64,000 bases of DNA from Myxococcota bacterium (GCA_965223705.1 OZ245015.1:576001-640000); one strand, 5' to 3'. Shown: positions 35,520 to 45,844, numbered from the stretch's first letter. Numbers and translations are program-made. Notes: a model not told the origin generated them from the sequence alone.

Positions 35520-36416
35520 ATGGCGCGGGACGAGTCGTACGAACTACTCGAGGCGGTCGAGCCCGACGTCGCGCGCTTGGTCGAAGAGCACGAGAAGCGT
35601 CGGAAGCACTGGTACTACCACGACCTTGTTCCGTGGGAGCGGGCGGAATCGTTCCGCGACAAGCCCTGGGACCCCTCGCAGTGCACCCTTTCCGAAGACG
35701 CCCGGGCCTCGCTCGCCTTGAATCTTCTCACCGAAGACAACCTGCCTTGGTATCACCGGGGATTGGCCACCGAGCTCCCGCGGGATTCAATGTGGGATCG
35801 GTGGCTCGGTATCTGGACTGCCGAGGAGGGCCAGCACTCCGTCGCAATCCGCACCTACCTGCTGGCGTCGCGCAACAGCGATCCCGAGGCGCTCGAGAAC
35901 GATCGCATGGATACGATGAAGTCCGGCTGGCACGGGGACTTCTCGAGCCCCATCGAGTTGTTGGCGTATACGTCCGCCCAAGAACTGGCGACGCGCGTAG
36001 CGCACCGGAACGCCGGCGACATCGCCGATGACAAGGCGGCCCTCGATCTGATGCGCAAGGTGGCGACGGACGAGAACCACCACTTCGTGTTCTACCGAGG
36101 CGTTCTCGCAGCACTGCTGCGCGAAAACGCCTCGGCTGTCCTGCAGGGGATCTACGACTCCTTCGTCGATTTTCGGATGCCGGGCTCGAGCATTCCGGGC
36201 TTCTTGCGGCGCTCCGTCGCGATCGCGCGCGCCGGCGTCTACAACCTGCGGATTCATCACGATCGCGTGTTGTGGCCGCTGCTCGACTACTGGAAGATCG
36301 GTTCTCTGTCCGGTCTGACCGGTGAGGCGGCGGAGTTCCAGGAGAAGATCATGGCGCTCCCCGATCGCGTGATGCGCAGCGCCGAGCGCTTCGAGGCGCG
36401 GTTCGGCACGGCTTAG
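35520..36416 (+). CDS. Acyl-ACP desaturase (ferritin-like, DesA type)
   Basis: LLTEDNLP, WTAEEGQH, QELATR, DENHH diiron motifs. Confidence 0.9.
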   Translation: MARDESYELLEAVEPDVARLVEEHEKRRKHWYYHDLVPWERAESFRDKPWDPSQCTLSEDARASLALNLLTEDNLPWYHRGLATELPRDSMWDRWLGIWTAEEGQHSVAIRTYLLASRNSDPEALENDRMDTMKSGWHGDFSSPIELLAYTSAQELATRVAHRNAGDIADDKAALDLMRKVATDENHHFVFYRGVLAALLRENASAVLQGIYDSFVDFRMPGSSIPGFLRRSVAIARAGVYNLRIHHDRVLWPLLDYWKIGSLSGLTGEAAEFQEKIMALPDRVMRSAERFEARFGTA

Positions 36417-36474
36417 CCGACCGCTCACCGCACTCTTCGTATACGCGGCCCTTACGACGGCTTGCGCGACCACC

Positions 36475-37017
36475 GTGCCGGTCCAGCAGGGCGATCTCTG
36501 CGCGATCTTCGATCAAAACCCGTCGTGGTATTCCTACGCGCTGAAGTCCGAGACGACCTGGGGAACGCCGAAGCACATTCAGCTCGCGTTCGTCCGCCAG
36601 GAATCGAGCTTTCGAGCGAACGCAAAGCCGCCGTTCCGCTGGTTCCTGTTCGTCCCGCTGGGTCGAGCTTCCTCGGCGAAGGGTTACCCGCAGGCTCAGG
36701 ACCCGGTGTGGAATGAATACGAAAGCGAGCGAGGCAGGTTGCTGCGCAGCCGCTCGGATATGAAGGACGCCCTCGATTTCATCGGCTGGTACAACCACAA
36801 GAGCCACCGAAGGCTCGGTTTGTCGAAACGCGACGCCCGCTCGCTGTACCTCGCCTACCACGAAGGCCATACCGGCTACCGACGCGGGAGCTACCGAAAG
36901 AAGGCGTGGTTGATGCGCGTGGCAGACCGCGTTGCAGCGAACGCGGAGCGCTACGAGGCACAGCTGGGTCAGTGCGAGGCGAAATTTCGCCGGCGAGGAA
37001 TCTGGCCGTTCAGTTGA
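36475..37017 (+). CDS. SLT/lysozyme-like domain protein; true start probably upstream
   Basis: QESSFRANAKP, SSAKGYPQA, YLAYHEG. Confidence 0.75.
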   Translation: MPVQQGDLCAIFDQNPSWYSYALKSETTWGTPKHIQLAFVRQESSFRANAKPPFRWFLFVPLGRASSAKGYPQAQDPVWNEYESERGRLLRSRSDMKDALDFIGWYNHKSHRRLGLSKRDARSLYLAYHEGHTGYRRGSYRKKAWLMRVADRVAANAERYEAQLGQCEAKFRRRGIWPFS

Positions 37018-37037
37018 TCCGGTTGGCCTCTCTATTT

Positions 37038-37058
37038 AGTATAGATTATATCTGTACA
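37038..37058. promoter_or_regulatory. Palindromic operator AGTATAGA-N5-TCTGTACA
   Basis: AT-rich imperfect palindrome, near-copy at 39861. Confidence 0.65.
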
Positions 37059-37076
37059 TTCGTGTAAGCTTCCGGG

Positions 37077-38561
37077 ATGGGAGCAAGAAGCGAATCCACC
37101 GAACCGCCGTCTGTACTCCTGACGGGGGCGACCGGGTACGTCGGCGGGCGGCTTCTCGGGCGACTCCGGGATTGCGGAGCGCGAGTTCGGTGCCTGGCGC
37201 GCCGCCCCGATTACCTCCGATCTCGGGTGGATGAAGCCGTCGAAGTCGTTTCCGGCGACGCGCTCGAGCGCGACACACTCGAGCGGGCGCTTCGCGGGGT
37301 CGAAGTCGCGTATTACATGATCCACTCGATGGGCTCCGCGGGGAGCTTCATCGAACAGGACCGCGTGGCGGCGCGGAACTTCGCGGCCGCTGCGAAGTCC
37401 TGCGGCGTTCGGCGCATCATCTACCTGGGCGGACTCGGCCAGGAGGGCGCACAGCTCTCGAGCCATCTCGAAAGCCGTCACGAAGTCGGCGAAATCTTGC
37501 GCGCCTCCGGACTCGAGGTCATCGAGTTCCGGGCCTCGGTGGTGATCGGTTCCGGGAGTCTTTCGTACGAGATGGTGCGTTCTCTCGTCGAAGGCCTGCC
37601 TTTGATGATCACGCCCAACTGGGTGCGCACGCCGGCGCAGCCGATCGGGATCGAGGATCTCCTCGATTACTTGACACGCGCCTTGACGCTTCCGATGCCG
37701 AACGGTGCAGCCCGGGTATACGAGATCGGCGGTGCGGACCGCGTCTCTTACGAAGACATGATGAGGACCTACGCGGATCTTCGAAAGCTGCCGCGCTGGA
37801 TGCTTCCAGTCCCCGTGATCACGCCCTGGCTCTCGAGCCTTTGGTTGGGGCTCGTCACGCCGATCTACGCGCGGATCGGCAGGAAGATCATCGACAGCGC
37901 CGCCTATCCGACGGTTGCGGATGACGCCGACGCGCGCCGCGACTTCGGTGTCGAGCCCGTCGGCATTCGCGAAGCCATGTTCGCCGCGCTCCGCAACGAA
38001 GACCGGAAGTTCGCGGCAACGCGCTGGTCCGACGCCGTCTCAGCGGCCGGCGTCGAATCCCGCTACGGCGGTGCCAGGATCGGAAGTCGCCTCGTCGATA
38101 GCCGCAGCTGCCGGGTGCCGGTGGGTCCCGACGAAGCATTCGCGCCGATTCGCCGTATCGGTGGCTCACAGGGTTGGTACGCCTACAACTGGCTCTGGAA
38201 AGTTCGCGGCGCACTCGACCGGATGCTCGGCGGCGTCGGGCTGGGACGCGGCCGCTCCGAGCCCGAACACCTTCGCGTCGGAGACGCCCTCGATTGGTGG
38301 CGGGTCGAGGAGTACATACCCAACAACCTCCTGCGATTGCGCGCCGAGATGAAGGTTCCGGGACGGGCCTGGCTCGAACTCGAGGTTCGGGAGCGCGAAG
38401 GAGGGAGCGAGATCGCGCAGCACGCGGTCTTTGAACCCTCTGGCTTCCTCGGACTCCTCTACTGGTACGGGATCTATCCCCTACACGCACTCGTGTTTCG
38501 CGGGCTCATCGATCAGCTCGGCCAGCGGGCTCGCGAAGCCGGCGCTGCACGCGGCGACTAA
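37077..38561 (+). CDS. NAD(P)-binding epimerase/SDR with C-terminal DUF2867-like domain (YbjT-like)
   Basis: TGATGYVG, YYMIHSM, SRHEVG, IGGSQGWY, AEMKVPGRAWLE. Confidence 0.88.
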   Translation: MGARSESTEPPSVLLTGATGYVGGRLLGRLRDCGARVRCLARRPDYLRSRVDEAVEVVSGDALERDTLERALRGVEVAYYMIHSMGSAGSFIEQDRVAARNFAAAAKSCGVRRIIYLGGLGQEGAQLSSHLESRHEVGEILRASGLEVIEFRASVVIGSGSLSYEMVRSLVEGLPLMITPNWVRTPAQPIGIEDLLDYLTRALTLPMPNGAARVYEIGGADRVSYEDMMRTYADLRKLPRWMLPVPVITPWLSSLWLGLVTPIYARIGRKIIDSAAYPTVADDADARRDFGVEPVGIREAMFAALRNEDRKFAATRWSDAVSAAGVESRYGGARIGSRLVDSRSCRVPVGPDEAFAPIRRIGGSQGWYAYNWLWKVRGALDRMLGGVGLGRGRSEPEHLRVGDALDWWRVEEYIPNNLLRLRAEMKVPGRAWLELEVREREGGSEIAQHAVFEPSGFLGLLYWYGIYPLHALVFRGLIDQLGQRAREAGAARGD

Positions 38562-38563
38562 TC

Positions 38564-38650
38564 GCGACGGAAGCGCCCGCTGCGGTCCAGACCCGTTGCG
38601 ACGGGAACGCGCGCTGCGGTCCAGACCCGTTGCGATGGGAACGCGCGCTG
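38564..38650. repeat. 34-bp tandem repeat (~2.5 copies) between convergent genes
   Basis: Unit GCGACGGGAACGCGCGCTGCGGTCCAGACCCGTT. Confidence 0.85.
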
Positions 38651-38654
38651 GGCT

Positions 38655-39842
38655 TCAGTGAAGCGCCGACTCCGCCGCTGCGCTCTTGAGCCCGTCGAGG
38701 GCCGCACGCTCGATCTGCCGCACCCGCTCGCGGGAGAGTCCGAACGCGTCACCGATCTGCTGGAGCGTCATCTCCGGCTTCCCGTTGAGACCGAACCGCA
38801 TCGACAGCACTTCCCGTTCGCGGCGTGTGAGTTTTGAAAGAAGCGAAGGAACGCGTCTCTCGGCGAGGTGTCGATCGAGCTTCTCCTCGAGGCTCTCCTC
38901 TTCGCGATCTGCAATCCGGTCGATGAGAGCCACGGGATCATCCGGTGCGAGCGGTTCGTCCAGGCGGAGCGGGCGCCGGTCGGCCTGGATCAAACCGGTT
39001 ACCTCGCTCTCGGAGAGATCGAGCGTTTTCGCGAGCTTGTCACGGGTCGGGTCGTCAACCGCCGTCCGGCGGGCGCGACGCAGCCGGACGAGTTTTTCGT
39101 GCACACTGGTCGGAAGGCGAACCGTCCGTCCGGTGTTTTGAACCGCCCGAACACACGACTGTCGGACCCACCAAACGGCGTACGTCGAGAAGCGGAACCC
39201 CGCCTCGGGATCGAACTTTTCCACCGCGCGAATCAGACCGAGATTTCCCTCTTGGATCAAATCCAAAAACGATACGCCCATCCCTCGAAACCGTTTCGCC
39301 ACCGACACCGTGAGCTTCAGGTTGTGGCGGACAAACCGATCGCGGGCGCTTCGATAGTCGTCGCACGCAACCTTCGCGTTTCGAAGCCTCGTCGAGGGCT
39401 TGCCGTCGTACGTGTCGACAAAATGAAAAAGTAGCTCTAGACGCGGGCGTATCTGGCCGAACAGTTCGCGCAACCGCCGCGTGTAGCCCGCCGGCCGCTT
39501 GTCGAGCAATTCTGAGGCCGCGAAGAACGAAGCGTCGATTTCGAGAGACACCCGGTCGCCACCCGCGTCGATTCGAGGCCTGACCATTGTGCTCGTGAGC
39601 AAGCCCGCCAGACGGACCGCTTCCCACCGCGCGAGGAGGTAGAGCCAACAAGGCCTCGACACCGAGAGCGTCTCTCGCAGAGCCACCTCCGCGCGTGCCA
39701 TCTCCCGTCCGAGCCGAACCTCCTCCTCGCGCGTGAGGATCTCTGTGTACCGAATCTCCGCCAGGTAGGCGTCGAGAAGCTTCTCTTCAGCGTCTTCGGA
39801 GGCACCGCGGAGTCCCGTCGCTCGGGATCCAAAGATTTCCAT
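38655..39842 (-). CDS. RNA polymerase sigma-70 factor, RpoD/RpoS-like, lacking region 1.1
   Basis: YLAEI..ILTREEE, NLKLTVSVAKRF, DLIQEGNLGLIRAVEKFD, FSTYAVWW, LSRERVRQIE. Confidence 0.92.
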   Translation of the reverse strand: MEIFGSRATGLRGASEDAEEKLLDAYLAEIRYTEILTREEEVRLGREMARAEVALRETLSVSRPCWLYLLARWEAVRLAGLLTSTMVRPRIDAGGDRVSLEIDASFFAASELLDKRPAGYTRRLRELFGQIRPRLELLFHFVDTYDGKPSTRLRNAKVACDDYRSARDRFVRHNLKLTVSVAKRFRGMGVSFLDLIQEGNLGLIRAVEKFDPEAGFRFSTYAVWWVRQSCVRAVQNTGRTVRLPTSVHEKLVRLRRARRTAVDDPTRDKLAKTLDLSESEVTGLIQADRRPLRLDEPLAPDDPVALIDRIADREEESLEEKLDRHLAERRVPSLLSKLTRREREVLSMRFGLNGKPEMTLQQIGDAFGLSRERVRQIERAALDGLKSAAAESALH

Positions 39843-39860
39843 AGCCGAACGGTATCGTAT

Positions 39861-39881
39861 TGTATAGATAATATCTATACA
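39861..39881. promoter_or_regulatory. Perfect palindromic operator TGTATAGA-N5-TCTATACA
   Basis: 8-bp perfect arms ~20 nt upstream of sigma gene start. Confidence 0.7.
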
Positions 39882-40125
39882 TACATGTCGCGTCCCGAGG
39901 GCGACTTGACGATATCGACGCGCTCTTGCACGTTCCCGACACGATGTACCCGACTTTCTGGACCCCGCTTTCCTCCGAGCTTCTCGGGCGGCTTATGAAA
40001 CGAGCCGTGAGGGGTTTCGTCGTCGCGTAGATCGACACTACAGCCAAGACCTACCGAACCTCTCCCGTCACCTGGCCGGAGGGGTTTTTCTTTTCTGGCC
40101 GATCCGGGAACAGCCGAGGAAAGCC

Positions 40126-41133
40126 ATGACGCAAGCCAGCCGCCCGCTCGAATCAAACGTCCATGTCCGGCGCACCGACGACCTCGCGATGTTCATCGCG
40201 ATCGACTCGCTCCGCCTCGGACCGGCGCTCGGCGGCTGCCGCTGGCTCCCCTATCCGTCGGAAGAGGCGGCGCGGGAAGAAGCGAAAGCGCTCGCCGCCG
40301 CGATGACACGCAAGGCGGCCCTCGCCGACTTACCTCTAGGGGGCGGAAAGGCCGTCGTGATCGGCAATCCCGCCGAGCGCACGACCGCGCAGTTGCACGC
40401 CTTCGGGGATTTCGTCGAGTCCCTCGGCGGGGCCTACATCACGGCCGAGGATATGGGCACCACGCCGTCCGCCATGTCGCTGATCGCGCAACGGACGTCC
40501 CATGTGATCGGCCTCCCGCCGGAGGAAGGCGGGTGTGGAGATCCGTCTCCCCACACCGCGATCGGGGTGTTCCTCGCGATGAAGGCCGCGCTCGCGCACG
40601 TGGGCCGGGAGATCGAGGGTGCGCGCATCTCGGTCCAGGGAGTCGGAGCCGTGGGGAGCGCGCTGGTCCGCGAGCTTGTCGAAGCCGGCGCCATCGTAAG
40701 CGCCGCCGACCCCGAGCCCTCGCGTCTGGCAGGGCTTCCCGAGGCGGTCAATCGCGTCGCGCCGGAACGCGTCCTCGACGAACCGTGCGACGTCTTCGCA
40801 CCGTGCGGCCCTCCTGGTGTTCTCCGCCTCGATAATCTCGACCGTCTCGATACGCGGGTCGTTTGCGGCGCCGCCAACAACCCGCTCTCCGAGGGGGCGG
40901 TCGCGGCCGAGCTGGATCGTCGCGGCGTGTTCTACGTCCCCGACTTCCTCGCGAATGCCGGCGGACTGATTCATCTACAAGTCGCGCGCGAAGGGGGCGA
41001 CGCAGCAGCGACTCGGGAGAGGCTCGAGACGATTCCGCGCAATCTCCGCGAGGTGATCCGGAAGGCGAGCCAGAAGGGCCTCGATCTTCTCGCGGCGGCC
41101 AACGAGGTGATCGAGGATCGGCTCACCCGCTAG
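40126..41133 (+). CDS. Glu/Leu/Phe/Val dehydrogenase (leucine dehydrogenase-like)
   Basis: GPALGGCR, GGGKAV, YITAEDMGT, QGVGAVG, GAANN, PDFLANAGG. Confidence 0.92.
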   Translation: MTQASRPLESNVHVRRTDDLAMFIAIDSLRLGPALGGCRWLPYPSEEAAREEAKALAAAMTRKAALADLPLGGGKAVVIGNPAERTTAQLHAFGDFVESLGGAYITAEDMGTTPSAMSLIAQRTSHVIGLPPEEGGCGDPSPHTAIGVFLAMKAALAHVGREIEGARISVQGVGAVGSALVRELVEAGAIVSAADPEPSRLAGLPEAVNRVAPERVLDEPCDVFAPCGPPGVLRLDNLDRLDTRVVCGAANNPLSEGAVAAELDRRGVFYVPDFLANAGGLIHLQVAREGGDAAATRERLETIPRNLREVIRKASQKGLDLLAAANEVIEDRLTR

Positions 41134-41614
41134 TGGGCTTCTCCCTTTGCCAACGAGCGAGCTTGCTGCGGGCCTTGTTTTGCTCCGGATCGAGGAGGGC
41201 GTCGTGACGCTCTGCCTTGTCGAAGAGCTCGATGACGTAGCCGTTCGGATCGCGGAAGTAGATCGAGTGCCCGATCTTGTGATCGACGGGCCCGCGCACC
41301 TCGCGACCTTCTGCACGCGCCTTTTCGACCATGGCCTCGGAATTCTCCCGAGACGTTTCGAGGGCGATGTGGAGATCGAAATCGTGCTGCTCTTTGAACT
41401 CGAACGGCGTACCGGGCACTTCGAAGAAGGCGAGGAACGAGCCGTCCTCCATGCGATAGAAGGTGTGGAGGATCGAGACCTTCCTTCCGGTCTTCGTCTT
41501 GTTGATGGCGAGGGCTTCGGCGAGCGGCAGCCCCAGAAAATCTTCGTAGAAGGCACGCGTCTCTTCCGAGTCGCGACACCGATAAGCGTTATGATGCAGA
41601 CCGCGGATCTTCAT
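41123..41614 (-). CDS. VOC/glyoxalase family protein
   Basis: LHHNAYRC, FYEDFLG, HIAL, SIYFRDPNGYVIEL. Confidence 0.9.
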   Translation of the reverse strand: MKIRGLHHNAYRCRDSEETRAFYEDFLGLPLAEALAINKTKTGRKVSILHTFYRMEDGSFLAFFEVPGTPFEFKEQHDFDLHIALETSRENSEAMVEKARAEGREVRGPVDHKIGHSIYFRDPNGYVIELFDKAERHDALLDPEQNKARSKLARWQREKPTSG

Positions 41615-41699
41615 CGGGTGACCTCCACGGGAAGTCTAGCACCGCGGTTACGCTAGCCTCGAGAGGTCACCGCGCGCGTTTGTCGTTGGAGGCAAGAAG

Positions 41700-43289
41700 A
41701 TGGCCCGAGAGACGAGGGTCGATGTCGTGATCCCCGTCGTCGGCGCGGCGGCGCAGACGCGACGCTGTGTCGAGGCACTGTACGCGCATGTATCCCACCG
41801 ACTCGGCACGGTCCTCGTGTGGGACAACGCGTCGGATGCCGAGGCCCGCGAAACGCTCGGGGCTCTCGACTACCCCGGACTTGAGATCCGCCATGCCGAC
41901 GAGAACTCGGGCTTCGGCGGCGGGTCGAATCGTGCGGTAGCAGCGGTGCAGTCCGAAGCGGTCCTGGTGATGGGTTCGGACGAAGAGGTGGATTCCGATT
42001 TCTTGTCTCCGCTCTGCGAAGCACTCGACAGCGATCCCCAACTCGCACTCGTAGCGCCCGTCGACCGCAGCGCGTCGGCGACGGTCCGCCGATATTTCGA
42101 CAGCCCCGTCATTCCGACGTTCACGTTCGGGGGGGCCGCGTTTCTCGTACGCAGGCAGGTCTTTATCGACTCGGGAGGTTTCGACCCCGAGTTCCGTCTC
42201 GGCTACGCGTGCGAAGACTTGTCGCGGCGGTTTGTTCGCGACGGTTGGAAGATGGGCGTCGTGCCCGCTGCAACACTCGGACGCGTTACGGGCGCGCGCG
42301 CGAGCGACCGCACGCTTTACGACCGCCGCTATCCCGCCGCCGCGAGCAACGTTCTCCTCGTCTCGGGCCCGGTGGTTCGAGCCGCCGGTCCCGTGCGCGA
42401 CGCCGCGGTCGACCTGCTCTCGGGCGGCGGAACCTTGCAGTGGCTGGGAGATGACCCGGTCGAAGGCCTCCCCGCTTTCGAAGTGGCTTTCCGACCGTAC
42501 TCGTTCGTCGGGGCGTCGAGAGCGCTGCTTCGCGGGAGCGCCTCTCGTCCCGTCACCGAGCTTTGGCTCGCAGGACGCTCCGAGGTAGTGAGGGCCGCTC
42601 TTCGTTCGTGTGCGCGGCGGGCTTCGATTCCTACGCGGGAGTTCGATCTGCGTCGGCAATCGCATCGCGTCGAATCCGGCCGTTCGTTCAATCTCTACCG
42701 TCCCGTCAGAAAAGCGGTGAACGCCGGCCGCGATTGGGTGATCTCACGCTTCGCGCCGCAGCGGGTTCAGCGGAGCGTTCCGCTTCTTCCCGAAGATCGT
42801 CAGCACAAACGGCGCCGTTGGCACGTGCTGACCGACTTGATTCACGAAGAATTGGGCGACGGCCTGGTCGTTGTGGAACTCGGTGCGCTGAACGGCGTCA
42901 CGGGCCAGCACATCCTTCGCTACTGCCCGTCGATTGCGCGCCTCTACTCTATCGATCTCGAGCCTTTGCGCGGAAAACAGGGCGAGCCGTCATCCGATGA
43001 ACGTTTTCGCTTTATCCAAAGCGACTCGGCAAAGGCCGCAGGGCCCTTCGCCGACCACTCCGTCGACCTCGTGTTCATCGATGCGGACCACTCCGAAGAG
43101 GGAACGCGCCGAGATCTCGCAGCTTGGCTTCCGAAAGTCCGAGAGCACGGAATCGTCTGCGGGCATGACTACGGGTCCCACGCGTATCCGGGCGTCAAGA
43201 CGGCCGTCGACGAGGCCTTTGCGGCACGACCCGAACAGGTTCATCTCGACGCCAACAAAGTGTGGTGGGTTCGGAAAAGCGAGCCCTGA
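41700..43289 (+). CDS. GT2-like glycosyltransferase fused to class I SAM methyltransferase
   Basis: VVIPV, WDNAS, NSGFGGGSN, GGFDPEF; C-terminal VELG, VDLVFIDADH, GIVCGHDY. Confidence 0.75.
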   Translation: MARETRVDVVIPVVGAAAQTRRCVEALYAHVSHRLGTVLVWDNASDAEARETLGALDYPGLEIRHADENSGFGGGSNRAVAAVQSEAVLVMGSDEEVDSDFLSPLCEALDSDPQLALVAPVDRSASATVRRYFDSPVIPTFTFGGAAFLVRRQVFIDSGGFDPEFRLGYACEDLSRRFVRDGWKMGVVPAATLGRVTGARASDRTLYDRRYPAAASNVLLVSGPVVRAAGPVRDAAVDLLSGGGTLQWLGDDPVEGLPAFEVAFRPYSFVGASRALLRGSASRPVTELWLAGRSEVVRAALRSCARRASIPTREFDLRRQSHRVESGRSFNLYRPVRKAVNAGRDWVISRFAPQRVQRSVPLLPEDRQHKRRRWHVLTDLIHEELGDGLVVVELGALNGVTGQHILRYCPSIARLYSIDLEPLRGKQGEPSSDERFRFIQSDSAKAAGPFADHSVDLVFIDADHSEEGTRRDLAAWLPKVREHGIVCGHDYGSHAYPGVKTAVDEAFAARPEQVHLDANKVWWVRKSEP

Positions 43290-43460
43290 GAAGCGGTTCG
43301 ATTTGCGCTCTCCACGCAGCCTCGCGACATGTCGCTGAGCGCCGGTTGCCGGCTCGTTGCCGCGTCGAGTGGCCTCCGTGCGGCGCACGAGCTCAGACAG
43401 GATCGGCCGTAGGCAAGTCTTCGTCACCTGACGATCGCGACTTGGCTCTCACTGGGTCAC

Positions 43461-44078
43461 ATGACTCACGCGCTCGCCATCGCTTTGGGACTCGCGGCGT
43501 TGCTGGTCTCCGCCTCAAGCGCGGCGTGCACCTTCGCGATTCAACCCGAGAAGTCCCGGCTCAAGTTCCACGTCCGGCATGGCGGTTACGCGAAACCCGT
43601 TCGGGGGACGTTCGACGCCTTCGCGGGCACGATCGAATACGACGCCTCCAAGCAGGTCGAAGCGGTCCGGATCGACGTGACGATCGACGCCAACAGCGTG
43701 GATACCGACAATCGCTACCGGGACGATCACCTGCGCGAAGCCTTCTTGGAGATCGATCGCTTCCCGGAAATCCGGTTTCGTGCGGTTCGGATGGACCCCG
43801 CGGAGCAAATTCTCCACGGTGAGCTGACGATGAAGGGGATCACCCGCACCGTCCCCCTCAAGTTAATGGCTGTGCGGCTGTTTACCGATCAGGAAGGCGT
43901 AGCCATGCTCCGCTGTCGGGCTGTCGGCAAGGTCAACCGCCGCGAGTTCGGTGTTGTGGAAGATGCATCCCGCAGCGAGGGCCTCAGAAAGCTGGTGGCC
44001 CGAATCCAGGAAGGCCTGGACGAGTTCATCGAGGACGACGTCGACATCGTGATCTCTGTAGTCGCCAGAGCCAGATAG
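43461..44078 (+). CDS. YceI family protein
   Basis: IDANSVDTDN..RDDHLR, FPEIRF, GELTMKGITR, VNRREFG. Confidence 0.88.
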   Translation: MTHALAIALGLAALLVSASSAACTFAIQPEKSRLKFHVRHGGYAKPVRGTFDAFAGTIEYDASKQVEAVRIDVTIDANSVDTDNRYRDDHLREAFLEIDRFPEIRFRAVRMDPAEQILHGELTMKGITRTVPLKLMAVRLFTDQEGVAMLRCRAVGKVNRREFGVVEDASRSEGLRKLVARIQEGLDEFIEDDVDIVISVVARAR

Positions 44079-45844
44079 TGCGACGGGCCAAGGGTCCGCA
44101 GTGGGCGCTCCTCGTTTCGTGGGTTCCCCTCCTGATCGTTGCGGCGATCTCATCGGCCGGCACCTCGGAGGAGATCGACCCCGATCTCGCCCACGCCACG
44201 CTCATGGCGGAGAAACGGTTTCCTTCGGCTCGCGAGTGCAGCAACTGCCACCCGAATCAGTACGAGCAGTGGTCGATCTCGCAGCACGCCTACGCGCAGC
44301 TCAGCCCGGTGTTCAACGCGATGCACGGGACCTTGGTCAAGCAGACCAACGGCACGCTCGGGGACTTCTGCATTCGGTGCCATACACCGGTGGGGATGCA
44401 GTTGGGAGAGCCGGTCTTTACTTCCAACCTGAACCGGAGTCCGGTGTCGCGCGAAGGCGTGACCTGCACGGTCTGCCACCGCATCCAACGCGACTACGGA
44501 AAGGTCAGCGGCCGGATCGGCCTCCACGAGGGTGGATTGGAAGAGCCGGTGAGCGGACCGACCGGAAATGAAGAGTTGAAGCGTGTCCTCGGGGATCCGG
44601 ACCGCTACGTCCGGCGGAGCTCCGGTGAGGGACAACTCGGCGTCCACGGCGATGTCATCCAGTTTGCGCCGATCGAGACGTCGGCCTTTTGCGGAACCTG
44701 CCACGACGTCACCTCGCCCAGCGGGCTTCGTCTGGAGGAGGCCTTTAGCGAGTTCCGCCATTCACCGTCCGCCGACCAGGAGACGGGTTGTCGGGATTGC
44801 CACATGAGCCAAGAGCCCGGTCTACCGTCGGGCTTCAAGATCGGTCCGGCAGCCGTGGTGGGCGGCCGACCCACGCGCGACCGACCGCTTCGAGACCATC
44901 GCTTCGTCGGTCCGGATCACTCGGTGGTCCACCCCGGAATCTTCCCCTTCAGCCCCGGCGCCGAGGACCTCGCCAGCATGGCGGAGTGGCTGACCTTCGA
45001 TTGGAAGGCCGGTTGGGGCACCGATGCCTACGAGGACCAGGCGGCGCTCGATGCGGTGTATCCCGAGCGTTGGAAGGACGTCGGCGACCGCTACGACGCC
45101 AGGGAAATCGTCGACGAGAACCTCGAGCGGTTGGAAGTCATGGCCGAGGCTCGACGCGAACTCCTGAAGAGGGGCTATCTGCTCCGTGACGTTCGCGGGG
45201 AGCGCGGTCCCGAAGGCGTCGACGTTCATGTTCGCGTCGAGAACGGAACCTCGGGACACAACGTTCCGACGGGCTTTACCGCCGAACGGCTGGTTTGGCT
45301 CCACACCATCGTCCGGGACGCCCGGGGAGACGTCATCTTCGAATCGGGTGATCTCGATCCGAACGGAGACCTCCGCGACGGTCATTCTCGTTACGTCCGC
45401 GCAGGCGAGGTGCCGCACGACGATTCGCTCTTCACGCTGCAGTCGCGCTTCGTCTTGCGAAACCTCCGGGAGGGTGAGCGGGAGGAGGTTCTCGCGGTGA
45501 ATCACGCCACCGATCCACTTCCCTTCGTCCGGCCCGACCCGAATCCGAACTTCATCAACGGCGGGCCGGCGGGAATTCGGTTGCACAAGAAGGGGATCGA
45601 GCCGGGAGGCTTCCGCGACCACCGCTACCGAATTCCCAAGGAACGGTTCGAAGGGAAACCCGCTCCGTACGCCGTCACGGTGCACCTGAAGGCAGGCATG
45701 GTGCCCGTCCATCTGATCGGCGAGATCATGGGGGTGGGTTTCGATTACAACATGAGCGCCGCCGAGGTCGCTCGGGGGGTCGTCGACGGTCATCAAGTGC
45801 TCTGGACCCGAGGCTTCCTGATCGAAGGTGCGACGCACCCGTGA
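44078..45844 (+). CDS. Exported multiheme c-type cytochrome (5 CxxCH)
   Basis: CSNCH, CIRCH, CTVCH, CGTCH, CRDCH; GHNVPTG; signal peptide. Confidence 0.9.
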   Translation: MRRAKGPQWALLVSWVPLLIVAAISSAGTSEEIDPDLAHATLMAEKRFPSARECSNCHPNQYEQWSISQHAYAQLSPVFNAMHGTLVKQTNGTLGDFCIRCHTPVGMQLGEPVFTSNLNRSPVSREGVTCTVCHRIQRDYGKVSGRIGLHEGGLEEPVSGPTGNEELKRVLGDPDRYVRRSSGEGQLGVHGDVIQFAPIETSAFCGTCHDVTSPSGLRLEEAFSEFRHSPSADQETGCRDCHMSQEPGLPSGFKIGPAAVVGGRPTRDRPLRDHRFVGPDHSVVHPGIFPFSPGAEDLASMAEWLTFDWKAGWGTDAYEDQAALDAVYPERWKDVGDRYDAREIVDENLERLEVMAEARRELLKRGYLLRDVRGERGPEGVDVHVRVENGTSGHNVPTGFTAERLVWLHTIVRDARGDVIFESGDLDPNGDLRDGHSRYVRAGEVPHDDSLFTLQSRFVLRNLREGEREEVLAVNHATDPLPFVRPDPNPNFINGGPAGIRLHKKGIEPGGFRDHRYRIPKERFEGKPAPYAVTVHLKAGMVPVHLIGEIMGVGFDYNMSAAEVARGVVDGHQVLWTRGFLIEGATHP

